A DNA stretch of 32,000 bases, taken from assembly GCF_000981785.2 (NCBI RefSeq), contig NZ_CP011304.1, forward strand, positions 4,050,001-4,082,000, written 5' to 3'. The DNA comes from Microcystis aeruginosa NIES-2549 (lineage in GTDB: Bacteria > Cyanobacteriota > Cyanobacteriia > Cyanobacteriales > Microcystaceae). Position 1 is the first letter of the stretch; each line of letters opens with the position of its first letter. A program made the position numbers and the translations under genes. The notes beneath the pieces were generated by a model. It was not told where the DNA came from. It made no database searches and worked only from the letters and a program-made list of their open reading frames with translations. Positions 7,943-18,271 of the stretch are shown piece after piece.

Positions 7943-9279
7943 ATAATGCTCGTCAGCTGGCTTTGCTGATTTTACGCGATATCGATCGCTCTTCCGCCTA
8001 TCCCGATCGCGCTCTTGATCGCCATTTGTCCGCTAGTTCCTTAAATTGTCTTGACAAAGCCTTGACAACGGAGATTGTTTATGGTATAATACGCCGCCAA
8101 AGAACTTTGGATGCGCTGCTCGATCGCCTGGGGAAAAAAACTGCGGCCCAGCAACCCCCGGATTTACGGCGAATTCTCCATATTGGTCTTTATCAACTGC
8201 GTTATCTCTCCCAGATTCCCCCATCGGCGGCGGTGAATACGGCGGTAGAATTAACTAAAATCAGTCATTTAGGCAAATTAGCGGCAGTGGTTAACGGAAT
8301 GCTGCGGCAATATCTCCGTTTAACTGCTAATGGCGACGATCCTTTAATTTTGCCGGAAAATACCGCTTCTAGATTGGGCATTCTCCACAGTTTCCCCGAT
8401 TGGTTGGTGCAATTGTGGTTAGATCGCTTTAGTGTTACGGAAACGGAACAACTTTGTCAATGGTTTAATCGCTCTCCTGACCTCGATATTCGGATTAATC
8501 CCCTAAAAACTAGCCGAGAAGCCCTAGAAAATGAGTTAGAATCAGCCAATATAACTTTTAATCATCTTAAGTTACCTCTAGCTTGCCGTTTAACCTCTGG
8601 TTTAGGCAATATTGAGCGTTTAGAGGGATTTCGAGCCGGAAATTACACCCTACAGGATATTAGCGCCCAATTAGTCACTTATCTCCTCGATCCCCAGCCC
8701 GGAGAGACAATTATCGACGCTTGCGCGGCACCGGGGGGAAAAACCACTCATATTGCCGAATTAATGGGCGATCGGGGTAGAATATTAGCCTGTGATCAAA
8801 CGGCATCCCGTTTACGACAGTTAGAAGCCAATATTAAAAGATTAGACTTAAAAGCGATCGAAATACATCTAGGGGATAGTCGCGATCGTCCCCAGTGGCG
8901 CGGCATCGCTGATCGTGTACTAATCGATGCTCCCTGTTCAGGATTGGGAACCCTGCACAAGCGTCCTGATATACGTTGGCGACAAACACCAGAAAATTTA
9001 CCTGTACTAGCCAAACGACAGGGGGAACTTTTAGCCTCGGCTGCCACTTGGGTAAAACCGAAGGGAATCTTAGTTTATGCCACCTGTACTTTAAATCCGT
9101 TAGAAAATGAAAGAGTGATCGAGCAGTTTTTAGCCGCTCATCCCGATTGGAAAATGGCCACTCCTGACTCTAATTCATCTTTCTCAGAATACTATACAGA
9201 AACGGGAGCGATCGAAGTGTTACCCCATCGGCATAATCAAGACGGTTTTTTTATGGCTAAGTTAGTCAAGGAAGTGTGA
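7939..9279 (+). CDS. rsmB: 16S rRNA (cytosine967-C5)-methyltransferase
   Basis: 446 aa. An N-terminal NusB-like domain is followed by the SAM MTase motifs DACAAPGGKT and the catalytic DAPCSG and TCT. ATGA overlap with the upstream esterase gene. Confidence 0.88.
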   Translation: MNNARQLALLILRDIDRSSAYPDRALDRHLSASSLNCLDKALTTEIVYGIIRRQRTLDALLDRLGKKTAAQQPPDLRRILHIGLYQLRYLSQIPPSAAVNTAVELTKISHLGKLAAVVNGMLRQYLRLTANGDDPLILPENTASRLGILHSFPDWLVQLWLDRFSVTETEQLCQWFNRSPDLDIRINPLKTSREALENELESANITFNHLKLPLACRLTSGLGNIERLEGFRAGNYTLQDISAQLVTYLLDPQPGETIIDACAAPGGKTTHIAELMGDRGRILACDQTASRLRQLEANIKRLDLKAIEIHLGDSRDRPQWRGIADRVLIDAPCSGLGTLHKRPDIRWRQTPENLPVLAKRQGELLASAATWVKPKGILVYATCTLNPLENERVIEQFLAAHPDWKMATPDSNSSFSEYYTETGAIEVLPHRHNQDGFFMAKLVKEV

Positions 9280-9280
9280 G

Positions 9281-9691
9281 ATGAAAAATAAACAATTACT
9301 GAAAATTCTCATCGGTGTTGCCTGGATTGATGGTGTCATTCAACCATCAGAAAGAAATTATTTACGACAGGTAGCTGTGAGGGAAAAACTTGATGATGAT
9401 CCGGAGATTAAACCACTATTATCGGAACTAAAACCGATTAAAACCAGTGAATGTTATCGATGGTTAGAGTCTTATTTAGGCGATAATCCTAGTCCGGAAA
9501 CCTATCAAGATCTACTAGCATCGATTAGCACTTTAATCTATAGCGATGACGACGTGGATACACAGGAAGCGAAATTATTAACCAAAGTGCAGAGTTTTGA
9601 TCCGACTCACGATAGCCATCGATCGATTTTAGATAAATTAGTGACGGGAATTCAGAAATTGTACCACAAGGCAATTACTGAAAGTAATTAA
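9281..9691 (+). CDS. TerB-like / DjlA N-terminal-like small protein
   Basis: 136 aa. LLKILIGVAWIDGVIQPSERNYL and a second acidic repeat (LIYSDDDVDTQEAKLL) are typical of the TerB fold. It starts 1 nt after the rsmB stop. Confidence 0.55.
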   Translation: MKNKQLLKILIGVAWIDGVIQPSERNYLRQVAVREKLDDDPEIKPLLSELKPIKTSECYRWLESYLGDNPSPETYQDLLASISTLIYSDDDVDTQEAKLLTKVQSFDPTHDSHRSILDKLVTGIQKLYHKAITESN

Positions 9692-9697
9692 GGAGTA

Positions 9698-9746
9698 GCT
9701 ATCAGTGATGAGCAGGTCAAAAAATTCCCCGATAAAAACTGATAGC
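9698..9746. terminator. Long-loop inverted repeat between the convergent TerB-like and pgm genes (possible bidirectional terminator)
   Basis: gctatcagt (9698-9706) pairs perfectly with actgatagc (9738-9746). There is no clean U-tract. Confidence 0.25.
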
Positions 9747-9759
9747 CGCTCCCTAGATT

Positions 9760-11484
<1,725 letters not shown>

Positions 11485-11490
11485 CTATTG

Positions 11491-11590
11491 GGTTTGGTGA
11501 GTGAGTGGAAGGAACCACTCCAGACACAAAGGACACAGAGATCGATCGCTCCTATATAATTTAAACTGATCACACAAAGAATAAGAGAGC
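11491..11590. mobile_element. MITE-like repeat, family 1, internally deleted copy
   Basis: ggtttggtgagtgagtggaaggaaccactccagacacaaaggacacagag ... aaactgatcacacaaagaataagagagc. It shares both the core and the terminal taagagagc with 7069-7212. Confidence 0.7.
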
Positions 11591-11689
11591 TAATCTAAGG
11601 ATAGGGGGTTAAGATGGTTCTTAGCCAATAAATGAACCAGATTTGGGGGTATAAACCCCCAATAATAACCAATTTTAGCTGTGAATGAC

Positions 11690-14659
11690 CTAATCGGCCC
11701 CTTCAATCGGTGCAAATCCCTGACGTTGAATATTCTCGCTGATGTGACGAGGTTCGAGGAATTGCAGCAGATAATCGGGCCCCCCTGCTTTGGAACCTAC
11801 CCCCGACATCTTGAAACCCCCGAAGGGTTGACGGGAGACAATCGCACCGGTGATTCCCCGGTTAATATAGAGGTTTCCCACTTCAAATTCCTGCGTAGCT
11901 CGGTTAATATGGGCAGGAGTGCGAGAATATAAGCCACCGGTTAGAGCATAGTCGGTTCCGTTAGCTACGGCTAAAGCTTGCTCAAAATTGCTCACTTTGA
12001 TAATCGCCACCACCGGACCAAAAATTTCCTCCATCGCTATTACCGCATCGGGGGGAACATTCTTAAAGACGGTGGGACTGACGAAGTAACCCACTTCTGG
12101 AATCGGCATTTCTAGAGCCAATTCTGCCTCTTTTTTACCAGTTTCGATATATTCCCGAATTCTTGCTTGAGCTTTCTCGTCGATAACCGGTCCTACTTCT
12201 GTACTCGGTAAATCCGTCGGCCCGATATTGAGGGACTTGGTAGCCTCGACAAAGCGATCAACAAAGCTATCATAGACGCTTTCCAGAACGATTATCCGCG
12301 AACAGGCCGAACATTTCTGGCCGGTGTAGCCAAAAGCGGACTTAACCGCACCGACAACGGCCTGATCTAAATCGGCACTCTCATCGACAATTAGGGCATT
12401 TTTGCCGCCCATTTCGGCGATAACTCGTTTTAGGTGTTTTTGACCCTTTTGCACGATCGAGGCATCTGTATAGATGCGACAGCCCACTTCTCGTGAACCG
12501 GTGAAGGCGATTAGGTGAACATCGGGATGGCTGACTAGATGCGCCCCCACCTGGGAACCTTTACCCGGGATATATTGGAAGACTCCGGCAGGAATACCCG
12601 CTTCTAGGAGAATCTCGGCAAATTTCGCCGTAATTACCGAAGAAGTCTCAGCAGGTTTCAATAGCGTACAGTTACCAGCTACTAAAGCCGCTACTGTCAT
12701 CCCCACCGCAATGGCTAGGGGGAAATTCCAGGGAGAAATCACTAAAGCAATACCCCGGGGTTGGTAGGAATAACGATTATTCTCGCCTGCTACGTCGAAA
12801 TTATGCCCTAAATCCAGTCTTTCCATCTCGGAGGCGTAATAACGGCAAAAATCGATCGCTTCTGACACTTCCGGATCCGCCTGTTGGATAACTTTGCCCA
12901 CTTCCAAACAAATCCAGGCCGATAACTCGTGTCGTCGCGCTTCCATCAAATCGGCCGCTTTTCGCAGTATTTCGGCTCTTTGAGCCACTGGGGTGCGTTT
13001 CCAAGCGGGAAAAGCCTGTTTAGCCGCTATGATCGCTTTTTCTGCCTGTTCCACCTCAATTAAGCCCACTTTCCCCACTATTTCCTGCGGGTTACAGGGA
13101 TTAACGGAATTAATTTGAACATTGGTGGCAACGTATTCGCCGTTAATTAGGGGTAAATAGGTTTTACCGAGGGAATTTTTGACAAAAGTAAGGGCTTGAC
13201 TCGCTTTATTTCGTAATTGCTCGTTAGCATAATCCGTATCGGCGGCATTAGGAAAACCGGCGATAATCGGGTTATCCTTGCCTAAAACCCGGGGGGCTGC
13301 GATTAAATCTTCCACGGGACGATCCTCCAAATTTTGCCTTAGGAAGGAACTATTAGCGGTATTTTCTAATAAACGGCGGATTAGGTAGGCCATACCGGGT
13401 AAGAGTTGTCCGTAGGGGGAATAAACCCGCACCCGATGACCCCGCTTCACTAAGGCTTTGGCTAATTGGTCGCCCATGCCGTACAATACCTGCATTTCAA
13501 AGCGACGACGGGGAATTTCTAAACTTTCTGCGATCGCACAGGCCAAGGCTTGCGATCGCACGTTATGACTACCGATGGCGGCGTATAAATATTGATGATT
13601 TTCCAATAATAACCGCGTCATCCGTTCATAATTGGCATCTGTGGCCGATTTTTCGTTATATACCGGCTGTGGCCAGTGATTTTGGCGAGATTTAATCGTT
13701 TCCTGATCCCAGTAAGCGCCTTTGACTAGCCGGACAGTCAGGGGATAACCGCGCTTTTTGGCCCAATTAATTAAATCTTGTAAATCTTCGGCAGAATCTC
13801 TTAAATATGCCTGTAGGGTGATGCCAATATCGGTACGACTGCGAAATTCTTCTTCTAGGAGTAATTCTTTCAGGATAGCCAGGGTGAGGTTTTTATAAAC
13901 GTACTGTTCCATATCAAAATGGACTGCCACCCCTAACTCCTGAGCGCGTCGCAATAGTAGGCGAATGCGATCGCAAACTTTTTCCTTACTACCAATGGGA
14001 TCTATGGGATCAAACTGAGAATAAAAGGCAGTTAGCTTGACAGAAACCTGCACTTGTGGTAATAAGTCGCCGTCCGCTTCATCAATTTGGCTAACTTTAT
14101 TCCATTTGTTCGCTTCTTGAGCCAAATGGGTCATTAAATCCAGATAACTTTGTAGATAAACTTGGGTTTCCGCTTCAGTAATTACCGCTTCACCGAGGAG
14201 ATCTATGGTAAAAGCCATTTTTTCCTTCCGCAGACGGGTGACAGTGCGAGTAATTTGCTCTAGGTCTTCCCCGGCGATATACTTACGAGCTAAGGTTTCT
14301 ACGGATTTACTGATCAGACTGGCGGCCGTTTGAGCGGGTAGGGAGTTAGGATCACTAAAGTTGAGGATACTTTTCAGCGCACTGGGCAGTTCTACGGAAG
14401 CATCACCGAGGTATTGTTGGAGATGATTAGCGATCTCGGCATTACTGCGTAAAGCGGGTAAACAGTCAATAAAACGGAATAATTGTACTCGTAAATTGGG
14501 GTTAGACATGGCCCAATCGAGTAATTTATCATCCCAACGCATTTGATCCTGTAAAGCAGACCAAAGACCTTTTTTTTCCCGAGTTTCGGCTAAAAGTTGT
14601 CTAGCTATCTCTTGGGTTTTGGTTTCGTAGTTTTGAGTTGATTCGATTTGGATAACCAC
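11690..14659 (-). CDS. putA: Bifunctional proline dehydrogenase / L-glutamate gamma-semialdehyde (P5C) dehydrogenase
   Basis: 989 aa. An N-terminal PRODH barrel region is followed by a C-terminal aldehyde dehydrogenase domain (EMGGKN, FGYTGQKCSA). Apparent GTG start. Confidence 0.9.
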   Translation of the reverse strand: MVIQIESTQNYETKTQEIARQLLAETREKKGLWSALQDQMRWDDKLLDWAMSNPNLRVQLFRFIDCLPALRSNAEIANHLQQYLGDASVELPSALKSILNFSDPNSLPAQTAASLISKSVETLARKYIAGEDLEQITRTVTRLRKEKMAFTIDLLGEAVITEAETQVYLQSYLDLMTHLAQEANKWNKVSQIDEADGDLLPQVQVSVKLTAFYSQFDPIDPIGSKEKVCDRIRLLLRRAQELGVAVHFDMEQYVYKNLTLAILKELLLEEEFRSRTDIGITLQAYLRDSAEDLQDLINWAKKRGYPLTVRLVKGAYWDQETIKSRQNHWPQPVYNEKSATDANYERMTRLLLENHQYLYAAIGSHNVRSQALACAIAESLEIPRRRFEMQVLYGMGDQLAKALVKRGHRVRVYSPYGQLLPGMAYLIRRLLENTANSSFLRQNLEDRPVEDLIAAPRVLGKDNPIIAGFPNAADTDYANEQLRNKASQALTFVKNSLGKTYLPLINGEYVATNVQINSVNPCNPQEIVGKVGLIEVEQAEKAIIAAKQAFPAWKRTPVAQRAEILRKAADLMEARRHELSAWICLEVGKVIQQADPEVSEAIDFCRYYASEMERLDLGHNFDVAGENNRYSYQPRGIALVISPWNFPLAIAVGMTVAALVAGNCTLLKPAETSSVITAKFAEILLEAGIPAGVFQYIPGKGSQVGAHLVSHPDVHLIAFTGSREVGCRIYTDASIVQKGQKHLKRVIAEMGGKNALIVDESADLDQAVVGAVKSAFGYTGQKCSACSRIIVLESVYDSFVDRFVEATKSLNIGPTDLPSTEVGPVIDEKAQARIREYIETGKKEAELALEMPIPEVGYFVSPTVFKNVPPDAVIAMEEIFGPVVAIIKVSNFEQALAVANGTDYALTGGLYSRTPAHINRATQEFEVGNLYINRGITGAIVSRQPFGGFKMSGVGSKAGGPDYLLQFLEPRHISENIQRQGFAPIEGAD

Positions 14660-14862
14660 GGCGATTCAAGTAAAAAAATTATCAACGGGATTCAGCTTTC
14701 AGCAAGCTACCGTCAGCCTTCAGCCTAAAATTCAGTTTTTGAGCTTTTTTAGCTGATTGCCGCTCTTAATGGCTCTTTTCTCTGGTTTATAACTCTTACC
14801 GAAGGACTAATCAAAGCTAATGGCCGATCGCTTTTGCTGAACACTCTATTGTACTCGATCGA

Positions 14863-14963
14863 GTGGGGAAGTGGGGAAGTGGGGTGTGGGGTGTGGGGTG
14901 TAGGGTGTAGGGTGTGGGGTGTGGGGTGTAGGGTGTGGGGTGTGGGGTGTAGGGTGTGGGGAA
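14863..14963 (+). repeat. G-rich tandem array: GTGGGGAA x2, then 11 heptamers GTGGGGT/GTAGGGT, then GTGGGGAA
   Basis: Read unit by unit from 14863 to 14963. It lies in the putA-ndhH divergent intergenic region and gives 14 consecutive G3-G4 tracts on the + strand. Confidence 0.92.
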
Positions 14964-14990
14964 GTATAAATAAAAATAATCTCCTAAATC

Positions 14991-15039
14991 CTGACTACTG
15001 ACTACTGATCACTGATTACTGATCACTGATTACTGATAC
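14991..15039 (+). repeat. Tandem heptamer array CTGACTA/CTGATCA/CTGATTA (7 units)
   Basis: Units at 14991, 14998, 15005, 15012, 15019, 15026 and 15033. The unit is the reverse complement of the TAATCAG/TTATCAG-type units of array 472-520. Confidence 0.9.
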
Positions 15040-15115
15040 CCGATAGTCCTTGTGTATTGTCAAGGCGTTTACTTATAATAACTTTAAAAAGATTTTCGGG
15101 ATCATCGGTAGCCCT

Positions 15116-16300
15116 ATGGCAAAAATTGAAACGAGAACAGAACCCATGGTTTTAAACATGGGACCCCATCACCCTTCGATGCACGGAGTTTTGCGCTTAA
15201 TCGTCACCCTCGACGGGGAAGACGTGATTGACTGTGAACCCGTGATCGGTTATCTTCATCGGGGCATGGAAAAAATTGCCGAAAATCGCACTAATGTCAT
15301 GTACGTTCCCTACGTTAGTCGTTGGGATTACGCCGCAGGGATGTTTAATGAGGCGATTACGGTCAATGCTCCCGAAAAATTAGCCGATATCGCCGTTCCC
15401 AAACGAGCGCAATATATCCGGGTGATTATGTTGGAACTCAACCGCATCGCTAACCATTTACTCTGGTTAGGCCCCTTTATGGCGGATGTAGGCGCACAAA
15501 CTCCCTTTTTCTACATTTTCCGGGAACGGGAGATGATTTATGACCTCTGGGAAGCTGCCACGGGAATGCGGTTAATTAATAATAATTATTTCCGTATTGG
15601 TGGCGTGGCGGTGGATTTACCCTACGGATGGGTGGATAAGTGCGAGGATTTCTGTGACTATTTTGACCCAAAAGTGGACGAATACGAGAAATTAATCACT
15701 AATAACCCGATTTTCCGCCGTCGTATTGAAGGGATAGGCTGCATTACCAGAGACGAAGCGATTAACTGGGGTTTATCCGGTCCGATGTTGCGCGCTTCTG
15801 GGGTGAAATGGGATTTAAGAAAAGTTGACCATTACGAGTGTTACGACGATTTTGACTGGGAAGTGCATTGGGAAACCGCCGGCGATTGTTTTGCTCGTTA
15901 TCTGGTGCGGATTCGGGAAATGCGCGAATCGGTGAAAATTATCCGGCAAGCACTGAAAGGTTTACCCGGTGGTCCCTACGAAAATCTGGAAGCAAAACGG
16001 ATGGCAGAAGGGAAAAAATCAGCTTGGAATGATTTTGACTATCAATATATCGCCAAAAAAGTCGCCCCCACTTTTAAGATTCCTAAAGGTGAACATTATG
16101 TGCGCTTGGAAAGTGGTAAAGGGGAATTAGGTATCTTTATCGTCGGTAATGATGATGTTTTCCCTTGGCGTTGGAAAATTCGGGCCGCCGATTTTAATAA
16201 TCTTCAAATTCTGCCTCATATCCTCAAAGGGGTAAAAGTTGCCGATATTATGGCGATTTTAGGCAGTATTGATATTATTATGGGGTCAGTCGATCGCTAA
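15116..16300 (+). CDS. ndhH: NAD(P)H-quinone oxidoreductase (NDH-1) subunit H
   Basis: [28 protein letters not shown] at ATG 15116 gives the canonical 394 aa. The ORF-track start at 15050 adds 22 non-conserved residues. Confidence 0.93.
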   Translation: MAKIETRTEPMVLNMGPHHPSMHGVLRLIVTLDGEDVIDCEPVIGYLHRGMEKIAENRTNVMYVPYVSRWDYAAGMFNEAITVNAPEKLADIAVPKRAQYIRVIMLELNRIANHLLWLGPFMADVGAQTPFFYIFREREMIYDLWEAATGMRLINNNYFRIGGVAVDLPYGWVDKCEDFCDYFDPKVDEYEKLITNNPIFRRRIEGIGCITRDEAINWGLSGPMLRASGVKWDLRKVDHYECYDDFDWEVHWETAGDCFARYLVRIREMRESVKIIRQALKGLPGGPYENLEAKRMAEGKKSAWNDFDYQYIAKKVAPTFKIPKGEHYVRLESGKGELGIFIVGNDDVFPWRWKIRAADFNNLQILPHILKGVKVADIMAILGSIDIIMGSVDR

Positions 16301-16309
16301 ATCTCCTTC

Positions 16310-16343
16310 AGGGTGGGTTATCTTATTAACTCACCCTCGTTTT
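16310..16343 (+). terminator. Rho-independent terminator candidate for ndhH
   Basis: A 10-bp stem agggtgggtt / aactcaccct (one G-U pair) with an 8-nt loop, followed by cgtttt, 10 nt after the ndhH stop. Confidence 0.6.
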
Positions 16344-16352
16344 GGCCCAGTG

Positions 16353-16600
16353 ATACAGTCCTGCTGGTGAGCGAATGGAATAAACCACAAAGGCACAAAG
16401 GACACAAAGATTGATCGCTCCTATAAGTAGGTAGGCGTTAAAAATTATCAGACACCACCCTTATCAAGGGTAGGGTTGATTCATGAATCAACCCTACCTT
16501 ATCAAGGGGGGCAGGGGGGATCGAACCTAAAATCCATTTTTAATTTAATTATAACCAGCTACTTATAAGTTAAACTGATCACACAAAGAAGAAGAGGGCC
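16353..16600. mobile_element. MITE family 1 copy interrupted by a nested MITE family 2 insertion
   Basis: Family 1 sequence runs (atacagtcctgctggtgagcgaatgg...gacacaaagattgatcgctcctata) up to about 16423 and resumes at about 16566 (taagttaaactgatcacacaaagaagaagagggcc). Uninterrupted copies read ...gatcgctcctatata-atttaaactgatcacacaaaga. Confidence 0.7.
16424..16565. mobile_element. MITE-like repeat, family 2 (~142 bp), copy 1
   Basis: taagtaggtaggcgttaaaaattatcagacacc ... 28-bp palindrome 16470-16497 ... cttatcaaggggggcaggggggatc ... ccagctactta. The termini are TAAGTAG/CTACTTA. It is near-identical, in inverse orientation, to 17941-18083. Confidence 0.8.
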
Positions 16601-16641
16601 AGTTAATTTTGCCCTATTACTTATAAGTTATCGGGGCGACG

Positions 16642-16839
16642 TTAATTTTGCGGAGAACGTAAGACCTCAAAATCTATTTCCTCTAGGGAAAGCAATAGGG
16701 TTTGTCTTTCCTTGTCGAGAGGATTCAAGCGAATTAACCATCTCCCTCCAGTTTCCCTCCCTTCCACATATCCCAGTCGTCCGGCAGCGTAATCGGGATA
16801 GCGTACTAGGACTAAACTGCCTATATCAAGAATCATCAA
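16642..16839 (-). CDS. Hypothetical small protein (65 aa)
   Basis: The ORF has plausible composition (LVLVRYPDYAAGRLGYVEGRETGGRWLIRL). It sits between facing family 1 MITE ends. No family recognised. Confidence 0.35.
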   Translation of the reverse strand: MMILDIGSLVLVRYPDYAAGRLGYVEGRETGGRWLIRLNPLDKERQTLLLSLEEIDFEVLRSPQN

Positions 16840-16930
16840 AAGCCGACATCAGAAAAAGATTAAGAATAAGTTAATAATAAATTAAAAGTTGTCAAGCTTA
16901 ACAAAGGGGAGACAGGGAGAGGGGATTTTT

Positions 16931-16965
16931 CAGTGAGCAGTGAACAGTAAACAGTAATCAGTGAA
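16931..16965 (+). repeat. Tandem heptamer array CAGTGAG/CAGTGAA/CAGTAAA/CAGTAAT/CAGTGAA
   Basis: Five consecutive 7-nt units read directly. Confidence 0.85.
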
Positions 16966-17485
16966 AAGAGAGTTTCCAAGTTTTCACCTAACACTGTCTA
17001 CTTAAAACTGCAATCTGATAACTGATAACCGCTCTTCTCGACTTTGTGTGATAATTTTTGATTATAGAATCTTGAAATGCTGATCGGTCAAAACTTTTAG
17101 GGCTATTTTGCCGAAGAAACTACCAGTATAGACCTCGTTTCCACACAGAAACCAGAAGAGCCTGATAACAACGGACGAATCTAAAACCTAATTGGTTAAG
17201 CTAAAAGCTTTGATGTACTTAGTTTCTAGCCTTATTTTTAGGTAGGAGAATTGCCATATCCTTTACTTGGAGCCTCTTGCCTTCAGAAGCTGATTATTGA
17301 AAAATCTCCCCCAACTGTGATCGAGAAAAAATTTTGGCTCTACCGAACCTGTCATGTAAAACTATCAACAACTTGTGCTTGTAAAGCTTGTATACTAAGT
17401 CTTTGAGTTTTTGTTAGATTGATATTTATCAACTTTAGAGCCTTGCTGGGCAGAGAGGGAGCTTGAGGAATTTTCTACAGTGTAA

Positions 17486-17713
17486 GTTCGGAAGAACCTG
17501 AAAGGACAAGAAAAATTAGTCCAAGAAACCCTTAGCCAACCTGATGAAATTCGACGTAGCCGCAGTGACCCTAATGTTTATCTTTTTTATAAACTTCAAC
17601 GACCAAAACGTTGGCTCTGTGCCATTATCCGAAAACTCAATGGTGATGGCTTCCTAATTACCACTTATCCCACCGATGCAATTAAAGAAGGAGAAATTTT
17701 ATGGCAGAAGTAA
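17486..17713 (+). pseudogene. N-terminally truncated toxin-like gene (DUF4258-like partner of DUF2283), with no canonical start codon
   Basis: The frame is open from the stop at 17483-17485 to TAA 17711-17713. It translates as VRKNLKGQEKLVQETLSQPDEIRRSRSDPNVYLFYKLQRPKRWLCAIIRKLNGDGFLITTYPTDAIKEGEILWQK. It contains no ATG/GTG/TTG and overlaps the DUF2283 ATG by 13 nt, as in intact two-gene modules. Confidence 0.5.
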
Positions 17714-17916
17714 ACGTTTATTATGATCCGATGGGCAATACCTTAACCGTGTGGTTTGGCGATCGCTCTTCAGAATATCTCTGCGAAGAAACCGGCGACG
17801 AAGTTATTTTAATGAAAAATCAAAAAGGCGAAGTTATTGGTTTTGAAAAACTTAACTATAGGATTTCTGAGAACAGGAATCTTAAAATTTCCCTAGAAAC
17901 CGCCACCCCTCTTTAA
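17701..17916 (+). CDS. DUF2283 family protein (antitoxin-like)
   Basis: 71 aa. YYDPMGNTLTVWFGD...DEVILMKNQKGEVIGFEKLNY fits the DUF2283 pattern. Confidence 0.75.
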   Translation: MAEVNVYYDPMGNTLTVWFGDRSSEYLCEETGDEVILMKNQKGEVIGFEKLNYRISENRNLKISLETATPL

Positions 17917-17940
17917 ACAATAAAAGCGAAAAATAAAACT

Positions 17941-18083
17941 TAAGTAGCTGGGTTATAATTAAATTAAAAATGGATTTTAAGTTCGATCCCCCCTGCCCCC
18001 CTTGATAAGGTAGGGTTGATTCATGAATCAACCCTACCCTTGATAACAGGGGTGTCTGATAATTTTTAACGCCTACCTACTTA
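17941..18083. mobile_element. MITE-like repeat, family 2, copy 2 (inverted relative to 16424-16565)
   Basis: taagtagctgggttataattaaattaaaaatgg ... gatcccccctgccccccttgataagg ... palindrome 18010-18037 ... ggtgtctgataatttttaacgcctacctactta. Confidence 0.8.
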
Positions 18084-18091
18084 ATCTCTCT

Positions 18092-18271
18092 ATGAAAATC
18101 ACTTATCAAAAAGTTAACTTAAAAGCTCCCAAAACGGAGACAGCCTATTGGCGTAGTCAATCGTACCAAACGAGACTATCGGCCTTAGAAGAAATTCGTC
18201 AAGAATATCATCAATATAAATATAATGCTGAACCAAGACTTCAAAGAGTTTATACAATTGTTAAACGATAA
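18092..18271 (+). CDS. Small conserved-looking protein (59 aa), upstream partner of the nucleotidyltransferase gene
   Basis: ATG 18092 to TAA 18269-18271, below the ORF-track cutoff. MKITYQKVNLKAPKTETAYWRSQSYQTRLSALEEIRQEYHQYKYNAEPRLQRVYTIVKR. The C-terminal RLQRVY motif recalls small proteins I have seen next to such NTases. Confidence 0.45.
   Translation: MKITYQKVNLKAPKTETAYWRSQSYQTRLSALEEIRQEYHQYKYNAEPRLQRVYTIVKR

Noticed and set aside
11643-11662. Hairpin ttggggg-tataaa-cccccaa as the putA terminator
   Set aside because: The stem is only 7 bp and there is no U-tract on the minus strand. It may be part of local repeat debris next to MITE 11491-11590.
14863-15039. Possibility that the tandem repeat arrays are CRISPR arrays
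   Set aside because: The units are 7-8 nt and directly abutting, with no spacers. There are no cas genes and no 25-40-nt repeats. These are STRR-like heptamer arrays.
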